A DNA stretch of 64,000 nt from an uncultured Actinomycetota bacterium (GTDB lineage: Bacteria; Actinomycetota; Actinomycetes; JAFAQI01). The stretch is taken from assembly GCA_963770565.1 (NCBI GenBank), contig CAVYQE010000001.1:256001-320000 (forward strand). Reading direction: 5' to 3'. Both the position numbers and the translations under genes were made by a program. The number at the start of each line of letters is the position of its first letter. The first letter of the stretch is position 1. Positions 24,024-36,501 of the stretch are shown in pieces. Under the pieces are notes generated by a model. It was given only the letters and a program-made list of their open reading frames with translations. It was not told the DNA's origin and searched no databases.

Positions 24024-25131
24024 CTATGCTCCGAACCGCGGATTATACGTCAAGCCGAACGTCTCGGCCACGGCGCGATTGGTCACTTCTGCCGTCATGA
24101 TGTTGACGGCCCGGGCGATCGGCGGCAGCGTTTCCGCGGCGCGGAGCAGGCCGCGGTTGGCGATGTGCAAGGCCCAGGGGAGCGTCACGTTGCACAGGGC
24201 ATAGGTGCTGGTGCGCCCCACGGCGCCGGGCATGTTCGTGACGCAATAGTGCAGCACCTCGTCGACAGATGAACTCGGCTCGCTGTGCGTCGTCGGCCGG
24301 CTCGTCGCCACGCAGCCTCCTTGATCGATGGCCACGTCGATGATCACGCTGCCCGGCTTCATCAGCTTCAGGTCTTCGCGCTCGATGAGCCGCGGCGCCT
24401 TCGCGCCGGGAATCAGCACGGCGCCGATCACCAGGTCGGCCCGAGCCAATTGCTCGCGGATCGTGTGCCGATCGCTGAACAGCACATCGACGTTGGCGGG
24501 CATGATGTCGTCGAGATAGCGGAGCCGGTCCATGTTGATGTCGAGCAGGCCGATGTCGGCGCCGAAGCCGGCGGCCACCTTGGCGGCGTTGGCCCCGACG
24601 ACGCCGCCGCCGAGGATCGTGATATGGGCCGGAGCGACGCCGGGCACGCCGCCCAGCAGGATGCCGCGCCCCATTTGCGGGCGTTCGAGATACTTGGCCC
24701 CTTCCTGAATGCTCATCCGCCCGGCGACTTCGCTCATCGGCGTCAGCAGCGGCAGCCGGCCTTGATCGTCGCGCAGCGTTTCGTAGGCGACGGCCGTCGC
24801 GCCGGTGGCCAGCACCGCCTCGGTCAGCTTCCGATCGGCGGCGAAATGGAAATAGGTGAAACGACTTGCCCCGGCGAATCAGCGGCCACTCGGGCGCGAG
24901 CGGCTCCTTGACCTTGACGATCATCTCGGCCTCGGCGAACACCTCCTCGGCCGTATCGACCAGCTTCGCCCCCTGCTCCTCGTAAAGCTGGTCGGGCAAG
25001 CCCGAGCCGAGCCCCGCCCCGCGCTCGACCAGCACCCGATGCTTGGCCCGCGTCAATTCCTCGACGCCGACGGGCAAAATGGCGACGCGATATTCATCGC
25101 GCTTGATTTCTTTGGGAATGCCGACGATCAC
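24024..25131 (-). CDS. ald: Alanine dehydrogenase
   Basis: IVGIPKEIK, IVKVKEP, PLLTPMSEVAGRMS, GGGVVG, DVAIDQGGC and YCVTNMPGAV. Confidence 0.95.
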
Positions 25132-25159
25132 GCGTTGTCTCCTTTCAAGCGGTAGCGAG

Positions 25160-26530
25160 TGTGCCACTGGCGAGCGCAGGATGGTGTGCCACTGGCAAGC
25201 GTAGTCTGCCAGTGCCGGCGGGCGAGCGGACGTTGAATTGCTCTCCAAGTTTCCATATTGGCGAATCGAGAAATCTGTGCAGTGCAATCGAGTTTGCCGA
25301 AGCGAAAGTTCAACCTTCACCCACTGGCCGGCACTGGCAAGCGCAGATGGTGTGCCACTGGCAAGCGAAGTCTGCCAGTGCGCGCGGGCGAGCGGACGAT
25401 GAATTGCCCTCAAAGTTTTCATGTTGGCGAATCGAGCAATCTGTGCAGTGCAATCGAGTTCTGCCGAAGCGAAAGTTCAACCTTCACCCACTGGCCGGCA
25501 CTGGCAAGCGCAGATGGTGTGCCACTGGCAAGCGAAGTCTGCCAGTGCCCGCGGGCGAGCGGATGATGAATTGCTCTCAAAGTTTCCATATTGGCGAATC
25601 GAGAAATCTGTGCAGTGCAATCGAGTTCTGCCGAAGCGAAAGTTCAACCTTCACCCACTGGCCGGCACTGGCAAGCGCAGATGGTGTGCCACTGGCAAGC
25701 GAAGTCTGCCAGTGCCCGCGGGCGAGCGGACGACGAATTGCTCTCCAAGTTTCCATATTGGCGAATCGAGAAATCTGTGCAGTGCAATCGAGATCTGCCG
25801 AAGCGAAAGTTCAACCTTCACCCACTGGCCGGCACTGGCAAGCGCAGATGGTGTGCCACTGGCAAGCGAAGTCTGCCAGTGCCCGCGGGCGAGCGGACGA
25901 CGAATTGCTCTCAAAGTTTCCATGTTGGCGAATCGAGAAATCTGTGCAGTGCAATCGAGTTCTGCCGAAGCGAAAGTTCAACCTTCACCCACTGGGCGGC
26001 ACTGGCAAGCGCAGATGGTGTGCCACTGGCAAGCGAAGTCTGCCAGTGCCCGCGGGCGAGCGGACGACGAATTGCTCTCAAAGTTTCCATGTTGGCGAAT
26101 CGAGAAATCTGTGCAGTGCAATCGAGTTCTGCCGAAGCGAAAGTTCAACCTTCACCCACTGGGCGGCACTGGCAAGCGCAGATGGTGTGCCACTGGCAAG
26201 CGAAGTCTGCCAGTGCCCGCGGGCGAGCGGACGTCGAATTGCTCTCAAAGTTTCCATATTGGCGAATCGAGCAATCTGTGCAGTGCAATCGAGTTTGCCG
26301 AAGCGAAAGTTCAACCTTCACCCACTGGCCGGCTGCGCTTGCCAGTGCCACACGACGCTCGCTTGCCAGTGCCCGCGGGCGAGCGGACGACGAATTGCTC
26401 TCAAAGGTTTCATATTGGCGAATCGAAATCTGCGAAGTGCAATCGAGTTTTGCCGAAGCGAAAGTTCAATCTTCACCCACTGGCCGGCACTGGCAGACTG
26501 CGCTTGCCAGTGCCACACGACGCTCGCTTG
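25160..26530. repeat. ~8 x 167-bp tandem array built around a REP palindrome (gcactggcaagc...tgccagtgc)
   Basis: atggtgtgccactggc recurs at 25181, 25347, 25514, 25681, 25848, 26015 and 26182, with a degenerate last unit. Confidence 0.95.
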
Positions 26531-26563
26531 CCAGGGCCATACGACTGCTGGAGCATCGCTTCG

Positions 26564-27959
26564 TCACTCCTCGATCGTCGTCTCCGGCTGCTCCCCTTCC
26601 CGCACCGCGGCCCCCGAGCCTTGGCCGCGGTTCGCGTCTTCGCGCCGCCGCAGGTAGAGCTTGATCGGGACTTCCGAAAAGCGGATGCGGTCGCGGAACA
26701 CGCCCAGCAGGTAGCGGCGATAGGGCTGCGAGAAATAGGCCGGATCGTTGCAAAACAGCACGATCGTCGGCGGCTCGACTCCCACCTGCGTGCCATAAAA
26801 AATCTTCGCCGGCCGATGCTGGTGCAGCGGCGGCGGATTGGCCGTCAACGCCTCGTCGAGAATGCGGTTCAAATCGCGACGTCGCCACGCGATAGCGCGG
26901 CCTGCTTGAACAGCATCTGCGCATGGTTCAACAGCGCCTTGACGTTCTTGCCCGTCTGCCCGGTGATGAAGGCGATCGGCACGTGATGCATCGTGCGGAA
27001 CGTGTCGCGGAGGTAGCCGACCCACCGCTCGGTGGGCATCGACTCGACCAGCAGATCCCACTTGTTGACGACGAAGATGCAGGGCTTGTATTGCCCGGCG
27101 ATATAGTCGCAAAGCTGCTTATCGACCTTGCTGATCGTTTGCGAGGGATCGAAGAAGAGCAGCACCACGTCGGCCCGGCGGATGCTCCGCTGAGCCCGAT
27201 GGGTGCTGTAAAAATCGATGTCGGTCGTGATGCTCTTCGTTCGCCGCAGGCCGGGCGTGTCGATCGCGACGAACTTCTTGCCGTCCAGCTCGAACCGCAC
27301 GTCGACGCTGTCGCGCGTGGTGCCCGGCACCTCGCTGACGATCATCCGCTCGGCTTGGGCCAGCGTGTTCACGAAGGTGCTTTTGCCCGTGTTGCGGCGG
27401 CCGACGATGGCCACCTTCATTTCGGGCTCGGCCGTCTCCGCCGGCTTCCGATTCATTTTGGACCGGCAGCCGCTCGACGATCATGTCGAGCAACTGGTCG
27501 CGGTTGCGGTTTTGCAGCGTGCTGGTGCAGACGAGCTTGCCGCGGCCGAGGCGATAAAACTCGTTGGCCTGGGCATCGAGCGCCGGATCGTCGGCCTTGT
27601 TGGCGACGCAAATCGTCGGCACGTCGACATACCGCAGCCGCTGGGCCACCTCCTTGTCGAGCGGCACCACGCCGTCGCGGGTGTCGACCACAAATAGGAT
27701 CACCGCCGCCGATTCGATGGCCGTGTTGATCTGATCCTCGACGTGCTGCGTGAGATTATCGACGTCCTCGTTTCCCATGCCGCCGGTATCGACCAGCTCG
27801 AAATACCGGTCGTTGTGGCACATCAGATACGTTGAGCCGATCGCGCGTGACGCCGGCCGTGCGATCGACAATGGCCAAACGCTTCCCCACCAGCCAATTG
27901 AACAGGCTGGATTTGCCCACATTCGGGCGGCCGACGATGACGACTTGAGGTACGCCCAT
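26564..27959 (-). CDS. der: Ribosome biogenesis GTPase Der/EngA
   Basis: Two G domains ([16 protein letters not shown] and [16 protein letters not shown]) and a KH-like C-terminus. Confidence 0.96.
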
Positions 27960-28200
27960 GGAACCGAGGTGGGGAGAGCGGGAAGCGGGGAGGGGACGGC
28001 AGGGAGCAGGGAGCGGGAGCAGGGAGCGGGGAGCGGGGAGCGGGGATTCGGGGAGCTGGCTGGCGTGCAGGAGCGAGGCCGGGATTGCGACGCCGATCTT
28101 GATTCGCTTGCCATCCATGATAATTGACTTTGCCCGGCGGCGACAGGTGCGAAGAATTCAACCTACCTGCTGCACGAGCGGTCGGGTAAACTGGGCCGGC

Positions 28201-28386
28201 ATGAGCATCAAGTCCGACTCGACCTTGTTGACATTCGCCATCGTTGGCGGAATCGGCTTCCTGGTGGCCGCCGTGGTCAGCTACATCAACGGCGACAAGT
28301 CGGAGGCGATCGACCGCGGGATTGGGGCCGCGGGACTTTTCGCCGCCGTTCTATACCTTTCGGCAAAGAAGCCGAAGACCCTTTGA
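28201..28386 (+). CDS. Small two-TM membrane protein
   Basis: MSIKSDSTLLTFAIVGGIGFLVAAVV...GLFAAVLYLSAKK. Confidence 0.5.
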   Translation: MSIKSDSTLLTFAIVGGIGFLVAAVVSYINGDKSEAIDRGIGAAGLFAAVLYLSAKKPKTL

Positions 28387-28413
28387 ATTCGCGCACTTCC
28401 GATAAGAGTGCCT

Positions 28414-28505
28414 GCCACCGATCAAGCGCTCGGCCCGATCGCGGGGCTGGCGCGGCGCTCTGCCGTCGATTGTCCGGCCTTGCACCGGCTTGGATGCATC
28501 CGCGC
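28414..28505. repeat. Copy of the GNAT gene 3' end (45 bp exact, then degenerate)
   Basis: gccaccgatcaagcgctcggcccgatcgcggggctggcgcggcgc occurs at 28414-28458 and 31432-31476. Confidence 0.8.
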
Positions 28506-28728
28506 TGGTAGCAAGCGAGTCACGCATCCGCGCCGTTTTCGAACGCTCCGATCGGACCGACCGGCATGCGGAAAACTTTTCATGGCCCCGTCTTTCCGGC
28601 TTAAGCGGCTGCGGTAGTGCCCGCGGGAACTCGGCTGCGGTTGTCGCCTGTCTCATGATCTTGCTTCGGCGCGCCAGTTGCATTGCCGGACCGAGGGAAA
28701 CTTGCCGATCGAACGGAGGAGACAAACC

Positions 28729-29031
28729 ATGCCCTCGAAAACCAGCAATTCGTCCAAGAGAACGACCGACCACCAAACAATTCGCGAGTGGGCCGAAGAC
28801 CGCGGAGGCCAGCCGGCCACGGTCACTGCCACAGAACGCGATGATCGCCCCGGCGTGCTCCGGATCGATTTTCCCGGCCGCTCGGGCGAAGGGACACTCG
28901 AACACATCTCATGGGAGGACTTTTTCCAAAAGTTCGACTGCGCCAATTTGGCCCTGGTCTACCAAGATCGGACAGCCGACGGCGAACAAAGTCGATTCTG
29001 CAAATTCGTCAATCGCGAGAGCGATGAATAG
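28729..29031 (+). CDS. Conserved hypothetical protein (TTDHxxIRxWAExRGGxP family)
   Basis: GGAGAG RBS, PGVLRIDFPG and ISWEDFFQKFD. Confidence 0.75.
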   Translation: MPSKTSNSSKRTTDHQTIREWAEDRGGQPATVTATERDDRPGVLRIDFPGRSGEGTLEHISWEDFFQKFDCANLALVYQDRTADGEQSRFCKFVNRESDE

Positions 29032-29331
29032 CAGGAGCGAGAATCGCCGGCAGTTCACTTTGGCTTCTCTGAGTGTCTGTGGTCGGTTGCGTGAGCGCGG
29101 CGCGACTGCATCCTCGATGCGGCGGCACGCCTGCTGCTCCGGCAGGAACACTTGGCGCGACGCGCAGTGCCAAGTTGCGCCGCGCCCTCGGCGCCGGTTT
29201 CCGACGCTCCCGCTGGCGACATCGACTCGCCCGTCTCTCGATTCGCGGACGCTTGTAATTGCCGATTGCGGCAGCTATGATGAAAAATCCGGCTCATCCG
29301 ATCGGCAGCTTTGATGAAGGAGATTCTCGTC

Positions 29332-30299
29332 ATGACGCGTCGTCCGTCGTTTATCGTCGCGGCCATTGCGGTGCTGCTCGCCGCATTCGCGGTCTGTCTG
29401 TCGGCGGGAAGGAAAGAACGCATTTTTGCCGCGGACAGCCCGTCCAGAGCCATCAACCCCGATGCAGCGAAGAGTTCGACTGCCGACGAAACGGCAATCC
29501 GCGACACGGCCGATGGATTCACCAAGGCGTTCAATGCGGGGGATGCCAAGGCGATCGGCGCCGAGTGGACGACCGACGCCGAGTATACGGACGAAACCGG
29601 AAAGGTGTATTCCGGCGCGAAGCCATCCAGAACGCATACGCCGAACTCTTCGAAGAGCATCCCGGTGCGATCGTTCGCCTGACGATCGAGTCGATCCGCT
29701 TTCCCGCCCCCGACGTGGCGATCGAAAAGGGAATTGCCCGAGTCGAAACGCCCCCCGACCACAGTCGATCGGCGTCGCGCTACATGGTCGTTCATGTCCG
29801 GCGCGACGGGCATTGGCAGATGACCATGGGGCGCGATGATCCCTACGTGCCGACTTCGAACGAGGATTTCCTGCAAGACATCGGATGGATGGTCGGCGAG
29901 TGGTCGCCGAAGAACGCGGCGCATGGCCCGAAGCTCAAAGTGGAATGGATGGCGCAAAAGAACTTCATCCGCAACTCGATCACGAAAATCAAGGACCAGA
30001 AGACCACGCTGTCGAGTGTTCAGGTCATCGGCTGGAATCCCAAGCTCGGCGCCATCGTCTCTTGGCATTTCGACGCCAACGGCGGATTCGGCAACGACCG
30101 CTGGACTCAGGATGGATCGAAATGGTTGATCGAGGCGACGGGCCTTTCTCGCAATGGCGACGAGAGTTCCGCCCTGAACGTCATCACCCCGATCAACGCC
30201 AACAGCTTCCGTTGGCAGTCGTTCCGGCGCACGCTCAATGGCAAGCCGCTGCCCGATGCGGCGCCCGTCGTCATGGTGCGCGTCGCGGCCGGCAAGTGA
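29332..30299 (+). CDS. SgcJ/EcaC (SnoaL/NTF2-like) secreted protein, frameshifted
   Basis: AFNAGDAKAI..WTTDAEY, IESIRF, DVAIEKG, GWMVGEW and SWHFDANGGFG. Confidence 0.8.
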
Positions 30300-30360
30300 A
30301 GCTTTTTCCTCCCAACAATTGCATCAGGAGCCGCACCGGTAATTCCGGAACGGATTGATC

Positions 30361-31260
30361 ATGTACAAGCCCTTGCGAATTCTGGTGATTTGCGCCGGTT
30401 TGATCGGACTTGGCACTCAGGCGGGTTATGCGCGCGGATTCGGCGGGACACACAGCAGCGGCTCGCGCAGCCACGAAAGCAGTTATAGCGGTTCTCATTA
30501 TTCCGGCAGCAGCGAGGGGAGTTACAGCCGAGGCAGCGGCTATAGCGGTAGCCACGAAGGGAGTTCCAGCGGTTCTCATTATTCCGGCAGCAACGAGGGG
30601 AGCTACAACCGAGGCAGCGGCTATAGCGGTAGCCACGAAGGGAGTTCCAGCGGTTCTCATTATTCCGGCAGCAACGAGGGGAGCTACAACCGAGGCAGCG
30701 GCTATAGCGGTAGCCATGAAGGGAGTTCCAGCGGCGATCGGTACTCCGGCAGCCATGAAGGGAGCACGACGGACGGAAGCTATAGCGGTTCGCGTCAGGG
30801 AACCTATAACGGCGCAGAGTATCAAGGCGACCATCAGGCCAGCTACAACGCCAGCCGCGAAGGAGCCGGCGCCTACGGCGCACGCGTCAAGGAAGCTATA
30901 ACGGTGCCGCTTATGGGGCCAATCGCGAGACCGCTTATGGCGCCAATCGCGAAACCGCTTACGGCGGCAATCGCGAAGTCAACGCTGCCTACAGCGGCTC
31001 GCGCCAAGTGGATTATAACGTCCAAGCGCCGCTTCCCCCCCCTCGAGTCGGCGCCCTATGTCGTGCCCGTTGCTCCCGCCGCGCCGGTGGGCTACGGCGC
31101 CGCGGCCTATGGCCAGGGTTACGCGGCGGCCGCCGACCAAAACGCGGCGGCCCAGCAGCAGTATGTCGCCGGCGAGCAAGCCGCTTTGCCCACCGACGCC
31201 GGATTTGCCCAGCCGGGACCGGTCGGACGCGCATTATTGATTCGCGGCGGATTCCGGTGA
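30361..31260 (+). CDS. Secreted Gly/Ser/Tyr-rich low-complexity repeat protein
   Basis: Signal peptide followed by three 27-aa GSHYSGSNEGSYNRGSGYSGSHEGSSS repeats. Confidence 0.65.
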   Translation: MYKPLRILVICAGLIGLGTQAGYARGFGGTHSSGSRSHESSYSGSHYSGSSEGSYSRGSGYSGSHEGSSSGSHYSGSNEGSYNRGSGYSGSHEGSSSGSHYSGSNEGSYNRGSGYSGSHEGSSSGDRYSGSHEGSTTDGSYSGSRQGTYNGAEYQGDHQASYNASREGAGAYGARVKEAITVPLMGPIARPLMAPIAKPLTAAIAKSTLPTAARAKWIITSKRRFPPLESAPYVVPVAPAAPVGYGAAAYGQGYAAAADQNAAAQQQYVAGEQAALPTDAGFAQPGPVGRALLIRGGFR

Positions 31261-31439
31261 ACCGGCACGTACCGCTTCCGTTCGGCGCTTTCCGATCGGT
31301 TCGGAGCATCAAGCGCGCCCGATTCCGTAGATGACGACCGGCCAGACATCCTTGACGGGGATCGGCGGCGGCAGGTGCGACTTGTCGGTCGTTGCGTCGT
31401 CAACTTGTGCCTCATCGGCGCAGCCGAATTGGCCACCGA

Positions 31440-32680
31440 TCAAGCGCTCGGCCCGATCGCGGGGCTGGCGCGGCGCGTTGCCGTGGTTCGCCCTGCCGCG
31501 CGGCGCGATCCGGCGATCCAGCGTTTCATCCGCAGAGCCTGGGCCTTCATGGCCAGCGGGGCATAATAGGGATAATGATAGCTGGTTTGGACGCGCGTCG
31601 CCCAATGACGCTTGACATCCGGCGAGCCGGCGCCGAGGTCGATGAGCCGGTCGCCCCGCTGGAAGCTATCTTCGATCATCCGCCGCAAGAGCACGCTGCC
31701 GCTCCCTTCGCCGCTCACCTCGCGGTCGAATCCCATCCGCAGGCCATAGACCGAGCCGCGGTAATGATTGTTGTAGGCGAAGGCCGCCGGCCGGCCGCCG
31801 ATAAGGAGCAGATTGAGGTCCAGCCCGCCCGCCGCCGCCGCCGTGGCATGGGCGTCGCGGAGATATTCGCGGACGCAATCATGGCTGAGCGTCGTGCCAT
31901 CGTCGGCCGCGCCCTGCCAGCTTCGCCGGGCAATCGCTTCGCAAGCGTCGTACAGATCCCAGCGCGGGTCGCCATCGCCATAGCGGCTTCCCTCGGGGCG
32001 ATAGCGGAGATAGGTCACTTCGCCGGCCTCGGCCAAACGTCGCTCGGCGCGGGCCACATTCTGTCGCCAGCGGGCTTTGCGGCCGGCCCAATACGCCTCC
32101 CGGGATAGGAAGTCGCTGCAACGCCGCTCGGGGAAAGAGCGGCGGGCGCACGCGCGCATGCCTGAACGGCACGGAATTGCTCGGCGTCGCAGCTAGTTCG
32201 ATTTGGGCCGCTTGGACCAGCGGCGCCGGCTTGGCGGAAAGGCCGGCGGCGCGGAGGGCTTGGCGCGTGCGGCCGGCGTCGATCCCGTCGGCATCGATCC
32301 AGCGGAAGTCGGCAAGATCCCAGTCGCGCGTGCGTCGCGTTCAGATGTCGGAGCCCCGCCCAGAGCGTGGCCGTCGGATTCGGACCGATCGGGCCATAAA
32401 AGGTTCCCCACCCGTCGAGCGGATAGGTCAACACGCGGATTGTCCCGAGCCGTGTTCGCTCGCGAATCACCGTGAGCGGCAGAATTCCGATCGGGCGATC
32501 GTCCGCCGCGACGATCAGCACTCGCATCCGCTGCCGATCGCCATGGTGCCGCCAATAGGTTTCGAGCCACTCGAACGACTGAAAGAAGGTCGCCCCGCGC
32601 GTCTGCGGCAGCAGGGCATTCCAGAGCAACCGGTAAGGGGCCAACTCCTCAAGGCAATGAATTTCGGTCACTCGAGTCAT
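31440..32680 (-). CDS. GNAT-family acetyltransferase (CelD/BcsL-like), frameshifted
   Basis: WNALL...FFQSFEWLETYW, PIGILPL, RPAAFAY and GSVLLRRMIEDSF...IDLGAG. Confidence 0.85.
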
Positions 32681-33120
32681 CGGCGGTCTCGGGCTGCTCC
32701 GAGGAGGAATTCGCCGCTCGCTCGTTCGAGGCGGCGGCGGCGTGCGCTTGAGCTTCGTCGAAAAGATAACGCAAGCCGGCGTGGCAGGCTATCAACTGCA
32801 AGTGGGATGCCCCTTTTGGAGGTTTTTTGTTGACTTTCGAAGGCAGAAGTTGTTTATTGTTAGCTGGCCGTGGTTTGCGGCACAAGCAGCGGCGGCCGGT
32901 CGGGTTTTCCGGCCCGGCCGGTTGCGGCGAAAAGGCAACACGGTGTCGTTTGGGCAACGGCCCGGCAATGCGGGAGGCTGCGGAGTAGGCTTGCCAAGGA
33001 GAACTTCTCGGCGAGTCCACCGAAACATCCGGGGGCCTTGGGTGTTGAATATCGTAGCGGATTTCGCGAGAATTCCGTGATTCGGCCAGTTTGGGGGCAA
33101 TTCTCAGACGAGGAAGGGCC

Positions 33121-34931
33121 ATGATGTTGCGAACGATCCGCTGGGGCTTTCTGGGTTTCTCGGGCTTTCTGGGATCGGCGGCCGGTTTGGCATTGCTCTG
33201 CTGGCTCCCCACCGCGGCAAACGCCGCCGCAAATGCCGCAGTGAATGCCGCAGTGAATGCCCATCAAGCCGCGATCCGAACCGATCAATTGCTGGATACG
33301 GAGATGGCCGGCGCCGAATCGGCAAACACCGCGTCGGCAAACACGACCCCCCAGGGCACGACCCCCCCGGGCACCACATCGGCCAATGCTTCCTCGCCGA
33401 GCGCCGTAGCCGTTTCGAAATCGGCGCCGCAAGCCAATCGCCCCGCGAAGCTGGCCGATGACGAGACATTCCTCCGCCGCGCGTCGATGGACCTGATCGG
33501 CACGCCGCCGAGCCCGGCGAAATCACGCGGTTCGTGCTCGATCCATCCCCGAACAAGCGGGCCAAGCTGGTCGATCGCTTGCTGGCGAATCCGGAGTTCG
33601 GCGAAAACTGGGCCCGCTATTGGCGCGACGTGATCATGTATCGCCGGAGCGAAGATCGGGCCGTGTTGGCCGCGCCTGCCCTCACCCAGTATCTCGCCAA
33701 GGAGTTCAACAAGGACGTTCCTTGGGACAAGATCGCGCGGTCGTTCATCACGGCCACCGGCGATGTGCGCGAGAACGGCGCCACGGGGCTGATCGCGGCC
33801 CAATTCGGCGCAAGCTCCCGAGGTGACGGCCGAAGTGTCGCGAATTTTTCTGGGAATCGAGATTCAATGCGCCAATTGCCACGACCATCCCACCGACCGC
33901 TGGAAGCGCACGCAGTTTCACGAGTTGGCGGCCTTTTTTCCGCGACTGGCGATCAGGCGTGTCAAGAAGGGCAAGGGGGAAAGGCGTCGTTCGAGGTTCT
34001 CGGCAACGATCGGGCCCGGCGCGTCCGCCGGAAAAACGCCGCCGTGCCGCGCGGCGAGCCCGAGCATTACATGCCCGACCTGAAAAACCCGACGGCGAAG
34101 GGGACGCTCATGCAGCCGGTCTTCTTCCTCACCGGCCAGAAACTGCCCGAGGGAACCACCGACGCCGTGCGTCGCGCGACGATCGCCAAATGGATCACGT
34201 CCAAACAGGATGCCTGGTTCGCCAAGGCTTTCGTCAATCGGATCTGGGAGGAGTTGGTCGGCGAAGGCTTTTATGAGCCGGTCGACGACATGGGTCCCGA
34301 TCGCGATTGCACCGACCCCAAAACGCTCGACTATCTGGCCGCGCAATTCGCGGACCACGATTACGACGTCAAGTGGCTCTACCGCACGATCATGGCGACC
34401 GACGCCTATCAGCGCGAGAGCCGCTCGCGGCATTTGCCCGGCGAAACGGCGTTCGAAGCCAATTGCCCCCAACGCCTCCGCGGCGATGAATTGTTCACCT
34501 CGCTGATGTCGGCGATCGGCATTGCAAGACGAAAAACTGGCCGGCGCCGGCCGCAAAAAGGGCAAACGCTATCAACCGCGCAACGTGCGGGCCGTGTTCG
34601 ACGCCGTGTTCGGCTACGATCCGAGCGTCCGCCGCGACGACGTCACGGGATCGATTCCCCAAGCGCTGGTGCTGATGAATTCGCCGCTGTTGGCCAAGGC
34701 CATCGACGGGAAGCACAAATCGACCGCGCTGGGCGAGCTGCTCGCGACCACCAAGGACGACAAGGCGGTCGCCACCGAACTCTATCTCCGCTGCCTGGCC
34801 CGCGAGCCGAAGCCGACGAAATGAAGACCTGTTTCGATTACGTGCGGAAATCCAGCAAAAGCCGCGCCGAGGGCTTCGAGGATGTGCTCTGGGCGCTGGT
34901 GAACTCGACCGAGTTCTTGAATCGAAAATGA
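33121..34931 (+). CDS. DUF1549/DUF1553 planctomycete-type protein, frameshifted
   Basis: DDETFLRRASMDLIG, QCANCHDHP, FVNRIW..LVGEG, IPQALVLMN and WALVNSTEF. Confidence 0.9.
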
Positions 34932-35069
34932 CAGAATCGAAAGTGAGCGGCGATCGGGGCCGTGCCGACATTATATCCAGTGGATTTCTCGATTCTCGAA
35001 ACCTTCCACGCTTGAATGTGAATTCCGGAGTTCGAAAACGTCCCGCCAATACTTACCCCCGGCCAGATC

Positions 35070-36412
35070 ATGAATCCCTCCCGCGATCCTTTCGCCCCCA
35101 ATCCCGCTTCGCTTCCCACCGCCTATCACCATTGCGTTCGTGTGGCGGTCGATCGTTCGCATGTGATCGGCCGGCGCGATTTCCTGCGGGGGATTTCGGC
35201 GCGCCGGATTGGCGGCCGGCGCCTTGAGTTGGACCGACCTGATGACGGCCCAAGCCGATCAACTGCGGAAACAGGGGAAGGCTTGCATTCTGCTGTGGAT
35301 GTCGGGCGGCCCGAGCCAGTTCGAGACGTTCAGCCCCAAGCCCGATCATCCCAATGGCGGCCCGACGAAAGCGATCGCGACGGCGGTGCCCGGCATCCAA
35401 ATCGCCGAGAATTTTCCGAAGATGGCAGCGGCGATGAACGACTTCGCCGTCATCCGCTCGATGACGAGCAAGGAGGGGAGCCATCCGCGCGGCACCTTCG
35501 TCATGCATACCGGCTATATCCCCAGCGCCAGCGTGAAGTATCCCAGCTTCGGCGCCGTGGTCGCCCACGAAATCGGCGATCCCAAGAGCGATCTGCCGTC
35601 GTTCGTTCGCGTCGGTGGGCGGGGGCGGGCCGGCACCAACGGCGGATTCCTCGGCGTGCAATACGATCCGTTCGACATCGCCAATCCGGCCAAACTGCCG
35701 ACCAATACGGTTCCGACCACCGGCGTCGATCGCTATCGCCGCCGCCTGTCGCTGTTGGGCAATCTCGAGCAGCGATTTCGCCGCCACGGCCCCCGAGGAA
35801 GTCGGCGATCATCGAAAGCAATACGCCAGCACGGCCAAAATGATCCTCAGCCCGCGGATGAAGGCCTTCGACCTCGCCCAAGAGCCCGACGCGATGCGCG
35901 ACGCCTACGGCCAGACGCAGTTCGGCAACAGTTGCCTGTTGGCCCGCCGCTTGATCGAGGCCGGCGTGACCTTTATCGAGATCGATCTGGGGGGCTGGGA
36001 CACCCACGCCGAGAATTTCCCCAGAACAAAGAAACTCGCCGGCGAACTCGATCAACCGTTCGCCCACTTGATCGCCGATCTCAAGCAACGCGGCCTGTTC
36101 GATTCGACCGTGATCATGTGGATGGGCGAATTCGGCCGCACTCCGAAGATCAACCCCCGCGCCGGCCGCGACCATTATCCGCGGGCTTTCAACACGCTCG
36201 TGGCGGGCGGCGGGCTGCGCGGCGGTCAGGTGATCGGCGCAACGGATAAATCCGGCTCGACCATCACCTCCGATCCGGTCACGATTCAGGATCTCTTTCA
36301 GACCGTTTGCCACAGCCTGAAGATCACCGCGGCCAAGGAAAACATGAGCCCCGTCGGCCGGCCGATCAAGGTCGTCGACGGCGGCAGCCCGGTGAAATCG
36401 TTGATCGGCTGA
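35070..36412 (+). CDS. DUF1501-family protein, frameshifted
   Basis: RRDFL Tat motif, LWMSGGPSQFETFSPKP, GGWDTH, GEFGRTP and GRDHYP. Confidence 0.92.
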
Positions 36413-36501
36413 CGTAGAAATCCGGTCTGGTGACGCAGGGGTCGGCAAAAATCGCGCGGCGGATGTTCTCCGTCCGGCGCGGAGGGAATGGCGCCGGCGC
36501 C

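Noticed and set aside
25160-26530. CRISPR array
   Set aside because: The linkers are near-identical rather than unique spacers, the period is 167 bp, and there are no cas genes.
25161-26986. Long Cys/Trp-rich ORFs (498, 521 and 357 aa)
   Set aside because: They are translations of the tandem repeat in all three frames, antisense to the flanking genes, with no coding evidence.
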